A stretch of DNA of 64,000 nt from Candidatus Micrarchaeota archaeon (lineage in GTDB: Archaea; Iainarchaeota; Iainarchaeia; JAADDC01), in NCBI GenBank assembly GCA_027046625.1, contig JALTXX010000003.1, positions 5,147-69,146 of the forward strand, given 5' to 3'. Both the position numbers and the translations under genes were made by a program. Positions 19,595 to 28,137 of the stretch are shown here, one piece after another. The notes beneath the pieces are model-generated. The model was given only the letters and a program-made list of their open reading frames with translations, was not told where the DNA came from and did no database searches. The stretch's first letter is position 1. Each line of letters starts with the position of its first letter.

Positions 19595-19743
19595 GGCAAC
19601 CCCCTAAACACAGACACTTTCACTTTATTTTCTACTGTTGCCACAATGGCCGCCATCCCCGTTATGGCACCGGCTATGATGAGCACTATCACTAACATGC
19701 CCATGGAGGACAGCATGTACTCTGTTGCGGTCTGGCTCTTCAT
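19591..19743 (-). CDS. Flp-type major pilin (50 aa; not on ORF track)
   Basis: Own translation: MKSQTATEYMLSSMGMLVIVLIIAGAITGMAAIVATVENKVKVSVFRGLP. Q+1, E+5, Y+6; first gene of the 6-gene pilin operon. Confidence 0.6.
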   Translation of the reverse strand: MKSQTATEYMLSSMGMLVIVLIIAGAITGMAAIVATVENKVKVSVFRGLP

Positions 19744-19791
19744 CCGAACAAATAATGGCATCTAAGGTTATATAGATTAGCATGGAAGAGT

Positions 19792-20799
19792 GTGTTAGTG
19801 CTGGATGTAGAAGCCCTTATATATGTGGGTGCAATCCTCCTTTATATTCTTCTTAGGCCAGTGTATACAGGTATTGCGAAGAGGATAGTTTCCCTCACAA
19901 AGGGAGATATAGATGATAAGCTATATGATGCTTTGGAGAGGCCTATATGGTTTGCAATTTTGATATATCTAGTATTTCTTGCTCAGGAAGCTATCTTTCC
20001 CCATACCTTACTTTCCAATATCCTTCTAACGGCTGTGGTAGCTCTTATAGCTATAGCCCTCATTAGGACGGGAAATATCCTGATAAAGGACGTAATAGGG
20101 CCCACCCGTTTTGTACTCACAGATCCTAAGATAAAGCAAACGATTCTTACCGTAATAGATAATGTAGTAAAGGCTGCCATTATATTCTTTGCTCTAATGT
20201 ATACTCTTTCTATCTGGGGCGTTGACGTAACACCTATTCTTGCCTCTGCGGGTATAGTGGGTATTGTAGTAGGTCTTGCACTAAAGGATCCCCTGGAAAA
20301 CCTTATTTCGGGCATACTTATGTTGACGGATCCCCCCTTCAGGGTAGGAGATGTGGTAAGGATAGGGGACACCATGGGGGAGGTAAAGGAGATAGGCCTG
20401 AGAAATACCAAGATACTTACCTTTGATGGAGATGTAGTAACCATCCCTAACAGTTCTATTATACGGATGGATGTGGAAAACTACCACATGCCTTCAGAGA
20501 AGGTAAGGGTGAGGGAAAGGATAGGAGTGTCCTACGATACGGATCCGGAGCATGCAAAGAAGGTACTTATGGATATATTAACCTCTCATCCGAAGATATT
20601 GGATGATCCAGCCCCACAGGTACTCTTCCTTGAGTTTGGGGACTCCGCCCTTATTATGGAGATTAGATTCTGGGTACATATGCCGGATAAAATGAGTACC
20701 ATAGACGAGGTGAACACCACAATATGGAAGAGATTTAAGGAGGAAGGGATAGAGATACCCTTCCCCATAAGAACGGTTTATCTAAGGGATGAAAGATGA
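19792..20799 (+). CDS. mscS: small-conductance mechanosensitive channel MscS family
   Basis: 3 TM segments, then the MscS beta-domain signature ...PFRVGDVVRIGDTMGEVKEIGLRNTKILTFDGDVVTIPNS. Confidence 0.8.
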   Translation: MLVLDVEALIYVGAILLYILLRPVYTGIAKRIVSLTKGDIDDKLYDALERPIWFAILIYLVFLAQEAIFPHTLLSNILLTAVVALIAIALIRTGNILIKDVIGPTRFVLTDPKIKQTILTVIDNVVKAAIIFFALMYTLSIWGVDVTPILASAGIVGIVVGLALKDPLENLISGILMLTDPPFRVGDVVRIGDTMGEVKEIGLRNTKILTFDGDVVTIPNSSIIRMDVENYHMPSEKVRVRERIGVSYDTDPEHAKKVLMDILTSHPKILDDPAPQVLFLEFGDSALIMEIRFWVHMPDKMSTIDEVNTTIWKRFKEEGIEIPFPIRTVYLRDER

Positions 20800-22232
20800 T
20801 AGAGGGGCTTACAAAGAAGCGCTTTGTTGATGGAAAGATAAGAATAGCCCTTGTGTATCCGGGTACTCTAAAAGAAGCCCTTTCCTCATTAGGATTTATG
20901 ATCATTTATGACATCCTGAACAGGGATGAGGAGACGGTGGCCCATATTTTTACGGTTGAGTCGCCCCTTTCAGTAGAAGAAAACCTACCATTGAAGGCCT
21001 ATGACTATATCTTATCATCTATTCACTTCGAGCCTAGAGTAACAACCCTCATGCAGTACCTTGAAAGGATGGGAATACCCCTAGAGAGAGAAAAGAGGGA
21101 AAAACCTGTATATGTGGGTGGACCGGGAGTATGGAACCCACTGCCACTGTACAGATTTGCTGATGGGGTGTTTCTTGGAGACGGAGAAGAATCTCTCCCC
21201 TCCTTTCTTGATGTGATACACGAAAGGAAAGATATTCATTTGCCAGGTTTTTACAACCTCTGGAGTGAGAAGCCAACATCCTTCTCCTACCATGATATGA
21301 GCTTTATGTACAGACATCTAATGTCGGATGAGACCACATATGGAAGACGACCCATCTTTATGGAGGTAAACAGGGGCTGCCACTATGCATGTAGATTTTG
21401 TCTTATTGGGTGGGCGATGAGGCCACCAAGAGAGAGACCTCTGGAGGATGTATATACCATACTTCATCATCATGTTGATAGAGGGGGGAGAAAAGTGGTA
21501 TTTGTAGGCTCCGATGTACTCTCTTATCCTCACATAGAGGAAGTGATAAGGGATATTATAGGTATGGGATTGGAGGTTTCAGTACCCTCCTCAAGGGTGG
21601 AAAGGTTGGATGACCCCTTTTTCCTGAGAGTTCTTGCAAAAGCGGGTGTGAGAACCCTTACAATTGCTCCAGAAGCTGTAGACGAAGGAAGGAAGGCCTT
21701 TATAGCAAAGCCCATATCCAATGAAAAGGTATTAGAAATAGTGGAAAAGGCAAAGTGGGCGGGTATAAAACGTATAAAACTTTACTTTATGATAGGCTAC
21801 CCCAATACAACCGAGGAGGAGGTACAGAAGATCATTGACCTTTATAGAAGGGTGAAAAATATATTGCCAGCCGAAGGGACAGTTTCTGTCTTCATTCCAA
21901 AACCCTACACACCCTTCCAGTTTCTTCCCATGGAGCGCATAGATAACACAGAGAAATATGTAAAACTTCTCAGAAAGGAGACAGATCTAAACGTGATGCA
22001 TCCAAAGAGGGCTGTACTGCAAGCTCTACTATCTATAGGAGATAAGAGGATAGGAGATTTGCTAATGAAGGTCTACCACAACTTTAACTACCATTTGTGG
22101 ATAAGAAAGGCCAGAGATATGGGGATAGATATAGACAGCTATCTATACCAGAGGGATACACCTTGGTTGAAGATTATTTCCACCTCTATGCCTGCCTCCT
22201 TGCAGAGGAAAGGATTTGAGGTGGCCCTATGA
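20796..22232 (+). CDS. B12-binding-domain radical SAM enzyme
   Basis: N-terminal Rossmann-like (B12-type) domain followed by CxxxCxxC (VNRGCHYACRFC) and TIM-barrel rSAM core; 478 aa. Confidence 0.65.
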   Translation: MIEGLTKKRFVDGKIRIALVYPGTLKEALSSLGFMIIYDILNRDEETVAHIFTVESPLSVEENLPLKAYDYILSSIHFEPRVTTLMQYLERMGIPLEREKREKPVYVGGPGVWNPLPLYRFADGVFLGDGEESLPSFLDVIHERKDIHLPGFYNLWSEKPTSFSYHDMSFMYRHLMSDETTYGRRPIFMEVNRGCHYACRFCLIGWAMRPPRERPLEDVYTILHHHVDRGGRKVVFVGSDVLSYPHIEEVIRDIIGMGLEVSVPSSRVERLDDPFFLRVLAKAGVRTLTIAPEAVDEGRKAFIAKPISNEKVLEIVEKAKWAGIKRIKLYFMIGYPNTTEEEVQKIIDLYRRVKNILPAEGTVSVFIPKPYTPFQFLPMERIDNTEKYVKLLRKETDLNVMHPKRAVLQALLSIGDKRIGDLLMKVYHNFNYHLWIRKARDMGIDIDSYLYQRDTPWLKIISTSMPASLQRKGFEVAL

Positions 22233-22942
22233 GATATGTAGTGCTGTTCAAAGGAAATGAGGAGATATTTGGAGAATTCTTTGAAGAGGAGCAGATTAGA
22301 GGCTTGGGAAGAGTATATGTGTACAGAGACGGTGTAGAGGTGGTATTTTTACCTAGTATAGAAGATATTAGATTCAGGGGAAAGGAATACGAGGAAAAAA
22401 TCCTTGAATCCTTTGGAAAGGTAAGGGGGTTTATTGGCCTTGTGTATGGAGAAAGGGTTGAGATATACCCCCCTGGCAATCCTACCAACAAAAATCCTCT
22501 CCTTCATCCATCCTATACCCCTAGAACGCTGGCTCCTGCTGATGCAGATCTCTTAGGCAGTTTATTTCTTTCTATGAGAGCTGTTGGTATGGAAGTTGAT
22601 ATAGTGGCAGTTCACGACCCTCCCGTAACGGTAACTCAACCTTTTCACATAATATCGCTCCCACCTTCTATGATAAAAAGTGTAATACCGCCTCTTCTGG
22701 CTGGCCTAAGAAAGAAAAAGATGTTTATACCCTATATGACGGTTTCTAAGGAATATAGGGCATCATATTTCTACTCTCTTCTAAAGAAACGATTTCTCCC
22801 TCTGTATCACATACCATACTATTGGAGACATTTTCTAGATGATTATTTGTTGGAGGAGGCTAGGAAAAAGGGAAGGGTTAGGGGTATACTATTAGAGAAG
22901 GGATTAGAGCTGCCAGGGGAACTTCCTCACAAGGAAGTGTGA
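22229..22942 (+). CDS. hypothetical protein translationally coupled to the radical SAM gene
   Basis: 237 aa, ATGA overlap with the upstream gene; no recognisable motif. Confidence 0.4.
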   Translation: MRYVVLFKGNEEIFGEFFEEEQIRGLGRVYVYRDGVEVVFLPSIEDIRFRGKEYEEKILESFGKVRGFIGLVYGERVEIYPPGNPTNKNPLLHPSYTPRTLAPADADLLGSLFLSMRAVGMEVDIVAVHDPPVTVTQPFHIISLPPSMIKSVIPPLLAGLRKKKMFIPYMTVSKEYRASYFYSLLKKRFLPLYHIPYYWRHFLDDYLLEEARKKGRVRGILLEKGLELPGELPHKEV

Positions 22943-24241
22943 CAGAAATTCTCTAAAATCATCATTTTTAGTAAGTTTTAATACTTCCATCCCCTCAATA
23001 ACCTCAAAACCTCTTTTTAATCCTTCCAGTACCTCACCACCCACACTCTCATTCTCCACAATCTCCATAACAGAATCCATGACCTCCACAAGGAGAGACT
23101 TTTCTTCCTTCATGTAGAAGGAAACAAGTCTATCCTCCTCTACAAAAGGACCAAATTCATCCTCCTTATGTATTTCTACGAATCTGTCAGCATGTTCTTT
23201 GTTATAGACTGGGGGGCCAATCCTTTTGTGTATAAACGCTGTGTATCTACCAACTATTTCCCCTACGAATACTCCAATACCTTTTTCGTCCGTCCACACA
23301 TCCCACTGTAGCATGATATTATTCTTTGCCCTCAAACTTCTATCCAATAATCTTCCAAACCTCTTTAGCTGGGCCCAAATGTTATCGGGGGGACCGTTGA
23401 CCTTCATTACAACGGCTACTAGTCTGCTATTTCTTTTTAGTAGGATATTCCTTATCTCTCGTGGAGACAGGAGCAATCTATTTGGAAAGAAAAACGACAG
23501 CGACGGTTCTTTGAGAAACGACCTAGAAGCTGTTATAAATATGGCTAGAGACTTCTTTGACACAGTGTGAGCTACATTTCTATAAGGATCCACGGGATCT
23601 ACTACAATGAGGGGCCTCCTTTCCCTCACTCTTCCATTTCCCTCAATGTCTATGTACTCACCGTACTTCCAATGCGATGCCGCCCTTAAAACATCAAGAA
23701 AACTTCCATACTTTACTATAAGCAGCTCACAAAGATATCCTGAGAACCCCTCCACTTTTACCTCCGCTCCATACACTCCTATACCCTTCATAAAGGCCTT
23801 TAGCAGCCTGACCTCATCCTTCTGATGGTTCTTAAGATGAGATTTTACATACTTGTTATGGAGGGGGGTTCTGTCCGTTGCTGAGATAGGTCTTTCACCC
23901 TCCTCTATTTTATAAGCAGGTACAATCTCCACGTCTCCTATCCTAATGTAAGGATGTTGGGCATAGTTGACCTCTCCCCCCAGGAGGGAGGCTAACTTCT
24001 TGACCTCGGCCTCTATTTTTTCAAAGGGCACATCTTTTGGATAAAGGAGAAAGATATCTATATCGGAGCTCCCTCTGAGATGGGTATCTCTTGCAAAGCT
24101 GCCAGCAGGGTACACATCCACAAAGGAAAACCCCTCTATTTGTTTTAGCTTTTCTTCGAAGAACCTCTGAATCTCTAATAGTTTCTTATTTTCCTCTTCG
24201 GTAGGCTTTATCCTTCTGAGAACCTCCTCAAGTATCTCCAC
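22904..24241 (-). CDS. cca: archaeal class I CCA-adding tRNA nucleotidyltransferase
   Basis: Polymerase-beta motif DVYPAGSFARDTHLRGSSDIDIFLL; 445 aa, typical length. Confidence 0.8.
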   Translation of the reverse strand: MEILEEVLRRIKPTEEENKKLLEIQRFFEEKLKQIEGFSFVDVYPAGSFARDTHLRGSSDIDIFLLYPKDVPFEKIEAEVKKLASLLGGEVNYAQHPYIRIGDVEIVPAYKIEEGERPISATDRTPLHNKYVKSHLKNHQKDEVRLLKAFMKGIGVYGAEVKVEGFSGYLCELLIVKYGSFLDVLRAASHWKYGEYIDIEGNGRVRERRPLIVVDPVDPYRNVAHTVSKKSLAIFITASRSFLKEPSLSFFFPNRLLLSPREIRNILLKRNSRLVAVVMKVNGPPDNIWAQLKRFGRLLDRSLRAKNNIMLQWDVWTDEKGIGVFVGEIVGRYTAFIHKRIGPPVYNKEHADRFVEIHKEDEFGPFVEEDRLVSFYMKEEKSLLVEVMDSVMEIVENESVGGEVLEGLKRGFEVIEGMEVLKLTKNDDFREFLSHFLVRKFPWQL

Positions 24242-24273
24242 GCTAATTTAAAGAGGTAACCCCATTTTAATAG

Positions 24274-25668
24274 GTGTTGGATCCCCTTCAATATCTTCGG
24301 ATAGTAGGCAACGAATACCATATCCAACGTCCCCGCCTATCAGAGGAAGAACGAACATTGCTGAACATCCTATCTATGCTTATTGAGGGAAGAACGTACC
24401 TTGAGGCGGTAAAAACATTACCCATCAGCCCAAGGGATGACTTCGAAGAACTTATGAGGGATTTCTTGCGGGGAGTAGACCCTAATAAGTTATACTCTTT
24501 GGACGAGCTTTTAAGGATGGGGGAGGAGCTGTACGAAACACTCAAGGTATTGGGTGTAGACAATGAGTATATCTCCCTTTACAGTGTGTTTGACGCTATA
24601 GGTCTAGGAGAGGTAACATTCTATCTCTATGATGAAAAGGTGGAGGAGGTGATGGTGAACGGATACAGAAATCCTGTATTTGTGTACAGGGCTGCCATGG
24701 GAAGCCTGAGAACCAATGTGGTTCCAGGAGGTAGCTTGGATAGATGGGTTAAAAGATTGAGCGGAAGAAGCAGAGAGAAGATCATAGATACCTCCCTGGA
24801 TGATATGAGGATCAGTATAGTAAGGGAGCCTCTATCAGATGAGGGACCAGCCATAACTATAAGAAAGCATAGAAAGGTACTTCTAGATCTTGTAGAGCTT
24901 ATGAGAAGAAACACCATAACTCCAGAGTTAGTATCCTATCTGTGGCTCCTTCTTGAAGGGTTGGAGGTGTCCCCCTTCAATATGATAGTGGCCGGCAACA
25001 CAGGTGGCGGTAAAACCACTACGCTAAACGCACTGTTATATCTTGTTCCTCTTGATGAGCGGATCGTTGTGATAGAGGACACCAGAGAAATTGTGGTACC
25101 CCACCCCAACAGGGTTTACCTTACAACAGAAGGAACAGACAATAGCTTAATGGACCTCCTTATAGCCTCTCTTCGTATGAGACCAGACAGAATTGTGGTG
25201 GGTGAGGTGAGGGGTAAGGAGGCAGTCACCCTATTGGCTGCTATGAACGTGGGCCATAGGGCCATGGGAACCATACATGCAAACTCCGCAGCTGATACAC
25301 TAAACAGGCTTGAGAATCCCCCTATGAATGTCCCTGAGAGTATGTTAGGCGCTCTTAACCTCGTGGTGGTTCAGCATCGTATAAGAACTCCAAGGGGAAC
25401 CATAAGAAGAGTTACAGAGGTGGCAGAGCTGTACAACATAGGAGACAGAATAAATATGGGTGTAACCTTTTCATGGAACCCGGACACTGATAAAATAGAG
25501 AGGACAACCATACCCTCTCACCTAATAGACAAGATGGCAGAATATACACACATTCCAAAGAAGCGGCTGTTGGAGGAACTAGAAAGAAGAGAATCCTTCC
25601 TTGATGGGGTTGTTAAAAGAAATGGCAAGCCTGAAGATATACTAAGGTATCAGGGTGACATTGTATGA
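24274..25668 (+). CDS. second FlaI/CpaF-family type IV filament ATPase
   Basis: Walker A VAGNTGGGKTTTLN, Asp/His boxes, GEVRGKEA motif; 464 aa. Confidence 0.75.
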   Translation: MLDPLQYLRIVGNEYHIQRPRLSEEERTLLNILSMLIEGRTYLEAVKTLPISPRDDFEELMRDFLRGVDPNKLYSLDELLRMGEELYETLKVLGVDNEYISLYSVFDAIGLGEVTFYLYDEKVEEVMVNGYRNPVFVYRAAMGSLRTNVVPGGSLDRWVKRLSGRSREKIIDTSLDDMRISIVREPLSDEGPAITIRKHRKVLLDLVELMRRNTITPELVSYLWLLLEGLEVSPFNMIVAGNTGGGKTTTLNALLYLVPLDERIVVIEDTREIVVPHPNRVYLTTEGTDNSLMDLLIASLRMRPDRIVVGEVRGKEAVTLLAAMNVGHRAMGTIHANSAADTLNRLENPPMNVPESMLGALNLVVVQHRIRTPRGTIRRVTEVAELYNIGDRINMGVTFSWNPDTDKIERTTIPSHLIDKMAEYTHIPKKRLLEELERRESFLDGVVKRNGKPEDILRYQGDIV

Positions 25669-26033
25669 TAAAAATAAAAGTGTATGCACGTTTGAATCCT
25701 ACAGAGGACGAAGAAAAGGTAATTAATGCCATAAAAAACATTTTTCCCACCCTAAAGGTGGAGAAAAGAGGAGATGTGATAGTAGGAGAAGGGGAAGGGG
25801 AAGAAGCTTTAAGCAGGTTTATACATATTATTGGAAGGGAAGAGGTGGCTGCCAGAACCCTTAACCTCCTTAAGTCAAGGAGGAGGGGTAACAGGATAAC
25901 CTTCCCCCTTGACAGGGAGGTGGCCCTCGTAGAGAGAATATCTTTCGGTGAGGAAAGTGAGTTGGGTCCTATCTGGGTGGAAATTGAGGGCGACGTGGAT
26001 ACTGTTATTGATAGGGTTGCTTCCCTTCTCTGA
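25665..26033 (+). CDS. UPF0201-family small protein (COG1931-like, predicted RNA-binding)
   Basis: N-terminus MIKIKVYARLNPTEDEEKVINAIKNIF and G-rich middle match my memory of the UPF0201 pattern; ATGA-coupled to the ATPase. Confidence 0.45.
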   Translation: MIKIKVYARLNPTEDEEKVINAIKNIFPTLKVEKRGDVIVGEGEGEEALSRFIHIIGREEVAARTLNLLKSRRRGNRITFPLDREVALVERISFGEESELGPIWVEIEGDVDTVIDRVASLL

Positions 26034-26700
26034 GGCTGCTACCCAAATGTACTACCCATTAGCCCTTGTACTAAAGGACGGAGATACCATATACATTGGA
26101 AAGGTGGGACCCCAGCATGTGGTGAGGATTATTCTAAACGGAGAAGATCCTGTTCCTATTCTTGAGGTAAACACGAACCTTCCATCCATTGTAAGTAGTT
26201 CCTCTGGCAGAATATGGATAGACTTCAATGCTCCCTCGAAAGAAGGGCCGTTTACCTTCTGTATGGATGTGAAAAAAACCAAGGGCTTGGAAACCCACTG
26301 CCTAGCCTTTGATGTGGATAAGAATGTTATTGAGGTGAGAACGTCCGACGTGAGGGGAAGGGAGTTTGAATATTCCTCCCTTAAGGCTGTGCTGCGAAAC
26401 AAGGGAAATGGTATCGCGCGTGTAGATGTGTACTGTGATTTGTGCAACAAAAGAAGTGTTACTTTGTATCCTCATGAGATAAAGGAAGTTGTTTTAGATG
26501 TAAGAATGCCAGTTGCAGGTAGTTATACTGTAAAATTATATGTAAACGATGGATTGAATGCCTCAGAAGCTTTCTTTAGGATCCTCTCCACCCCCACGGT
26601 AGAGGGACGTCTGTTTACTTCCAAATTATACCCAGATCTTCTACACCCTCTTCTCTATCCTATAAAGGTGATGTGGAGGTTGTTGGTATGGAAGATGTGA
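25948..26700 (+). CDS. secreted/exported hypothetical protein
   Basis: Signal-peptide-like N-terminus (WILLLIGLLPFSEAA), Cys pairs, hydrophobic C-terminal segment. The 5' 86 nt overlap the upstream ORF, so the true start is uncertain. Confidence 0.35.
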   Translation: MRKVSWVLSGWKLRATWILLLIGLLPFSEAATQMYYPLALVLKDGDTIYIGKVGPQHVVRIILNGEDPVPILEVNTNLPSIVSSSSGRIWIDFNAPSKEGPFTFCMDVKKTKGLETHCLAFDVDKNVIEVRTSDVRGREFEYSSLKAVLRNKGNGIARVDVYCDLCNKRSVTLYPHEIKEVVLDVRMPVAGSYTVKLYVNDGLNASEAFFRILSTPTVEGRLFTSKLYPDLLHPLLYPIKVMWRLLVWKM

Positions 26701-26975
26701 TGACATTCCTTGAGTACCCTTGGGTAAAGAAGGCAGCCCGCTCCAAGTATATGGCTGACCTGATAAAGTTTTTATCCACGGGTAGAAAGGTATCTTCTAT
26801 ACTTGCGAAGTTCCATGAATTGCCTGAGGAGTATGTTTTGGGGGCTCTCGAAGCCCTCGAGAGTTTAGGTGTAATAAAGAGTATTGATGTGAGAGGAGAG
26901 AAGTACTACGTTCTCACCTCAAAGGGAAGAATTATAAACTCCTTTATACAGGAGCTCAGACGGCGTAGAATCTGA
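26673..26975 (+). CDS. small winged-helix DNA-binding protein
   Basis: 100 aa with HTH-wing pattern (...LGALEALESLGVIKSIDVRGEKYYVLTSKG). Confidence 0.4.
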   Translation: MEVVGMEDVMTFLEYPWVKKAARSKYMADLIKFLSTGRKVSSILAKFHELPEEYVLGALEALESLGVIKSIDVRGEKYYVLTSKGRIINSFIQELRRRRI

Positions 26976-27930
26976 TGCCTACCATTCCTCCCAACTTCTT
27001 AATGATTTCTGAGCCCTGAAAGTCATCTTTCACAATATAAACATCTCCTCCACTATCTTTTACCTCTCTAAGTAGTGTTAGAGCGTCCTTTACCTTTTCT
27101 TCATGCACTAATAATACTTTTAGGTTTCCAATATCCTCCGTAGGGTGGAGAGACGCCAGTCCATCCTCCTTTGAGAGGTGCATAAGGAACTCGTCTATAA
27201 TGCTTTCCACCTTTTGTCTCCTCAGGGCTTCCAGTATTTTAGGGGCCCTCTTTCCTATGATATCTCTTAGCCCTTTTTCCCCTTCAAGAGGTGTAACTAC
27301 AAAATAAACCTTTTTATCCTTTGGAATAAGTTGCTTTACTTCGTCCAGTATGATTTTTGGCCCGCCTACAATATTCAGCTCTCCCATTTCCTTTACAACC
27401 TCTCCAAGAAAGGGACGTAAACTATCCTCAGACCCCCTTCTTATTCTTTTTACTGGACCAAGCCTCCTCTTGTACTCCGATACTAGGGCTTCCTCATCGC
27501 TTATAAGGATAAGAGTAACGGGAGGAAGCCTTGATTCTTCTTCATACTCCTTTGCATACTCAAGGAATGTCTCATTCCACTCATTTTTTTCTATCTCTAT
27601 CTCCTGCCCTGGTAATATTGTGATAGATTGGTGTTTTCCTCTCCCCGTAACATCTTCCGGTCCCTCTAATAGTATGCCCTTTACCTTAAGATGGGAACCT
27701 CTTACTTCTGCGTCTTCCACCTCTATAGTACCCCTGAACCTTACCACTCTTCCGCTACCTCGCTCGTCTTCCCTCTTTACTCTTCTCTCTATAACACCTC
27801 TTACCCTGTCGCCCCTCTCAAGAAAGCTACCTATGAGCCATAGGTCCTCTGGATCCTCTGGAATGATTCTGAGTTTCTTTTCCTTTCTGCTGAACCAAAG
27901 TACTTTCATGTTTTTAAACATGTTGAGCAC
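26956..27930 (-). CDS. pelA: Pelota/Dom34 ribosome rescue factor
   Basis: N-terminal Sm-like domain (PEDPEDLW), central and eRF1-like C-domains; 324 aa. Confidence 0.75.
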   Translation of the reverse strand: MLNMFKNMKVLWFSRKEKKLRIIPEDPEDLWLIGSFLERGDRVRGVIERRVKREDERGSGRVVRFRGTIEVEDAEVRGSHLKVKGILLEGPEDVTGRGKHQSITILPGQEIEIEKNEWNETFLEYAKEYEEESRLPPVTLILISDEEALVSEYKRRLGPVKRIRRGSEDSLRPFLGEVVKEMGELNIVGGPKIILDEVKQLIPKDKKVYFVVTPLEGEKGLRDIIGKRAPKILEALRRQKVESIIDEFLMHLSKEDGLASLHPTEDIGNLKVLLVHEEKVKDALTLLREVKDSGGDVYIVKDDFQGSEIIKKLGGMVGIRFYAV

Positions 27931-27941
27931 ATTTTAAAGGG

Positions 27942-28133
27942 ATGGAGAAGGATGTAATACTATCCTTCCTTATAGGTGTTGTATTGGTGGCAATATCCAT
28001 AGTTTGGAAGCTTTCAGAGGTGGGTAACCCTCTGACTGCGGCGGTAGAGCTGATACTGGAAGGTATACGCTCCCTATTCCTTGGAGTAGGATTGTTATTT
28101 TTGCTGGCGGCTCTTCTTATGATGAGGGAATGA
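27942..28133 (+). CDS. small membrane protein (hypothetical)
   Basis: 63 aa with two hydrophobic helices, directly upstream of ABCE1. Confidence 0.2.
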   Translation: MEKDVILSFLIGVVLVAISIVWKLSEVGNPLTAAVELILEGIRSLFLGVGLLFLLAALLMMRE

Positions 28134-28137
28134 TAGA

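Noticed and set aside
22229-22942. Calling the 237-aa partner of the radical SAM enzyme a SPASM or peptide-substrate module
   Set aside because: No Cys-rich motifs or leader-peptide-like features are visible. It is left as unknown.
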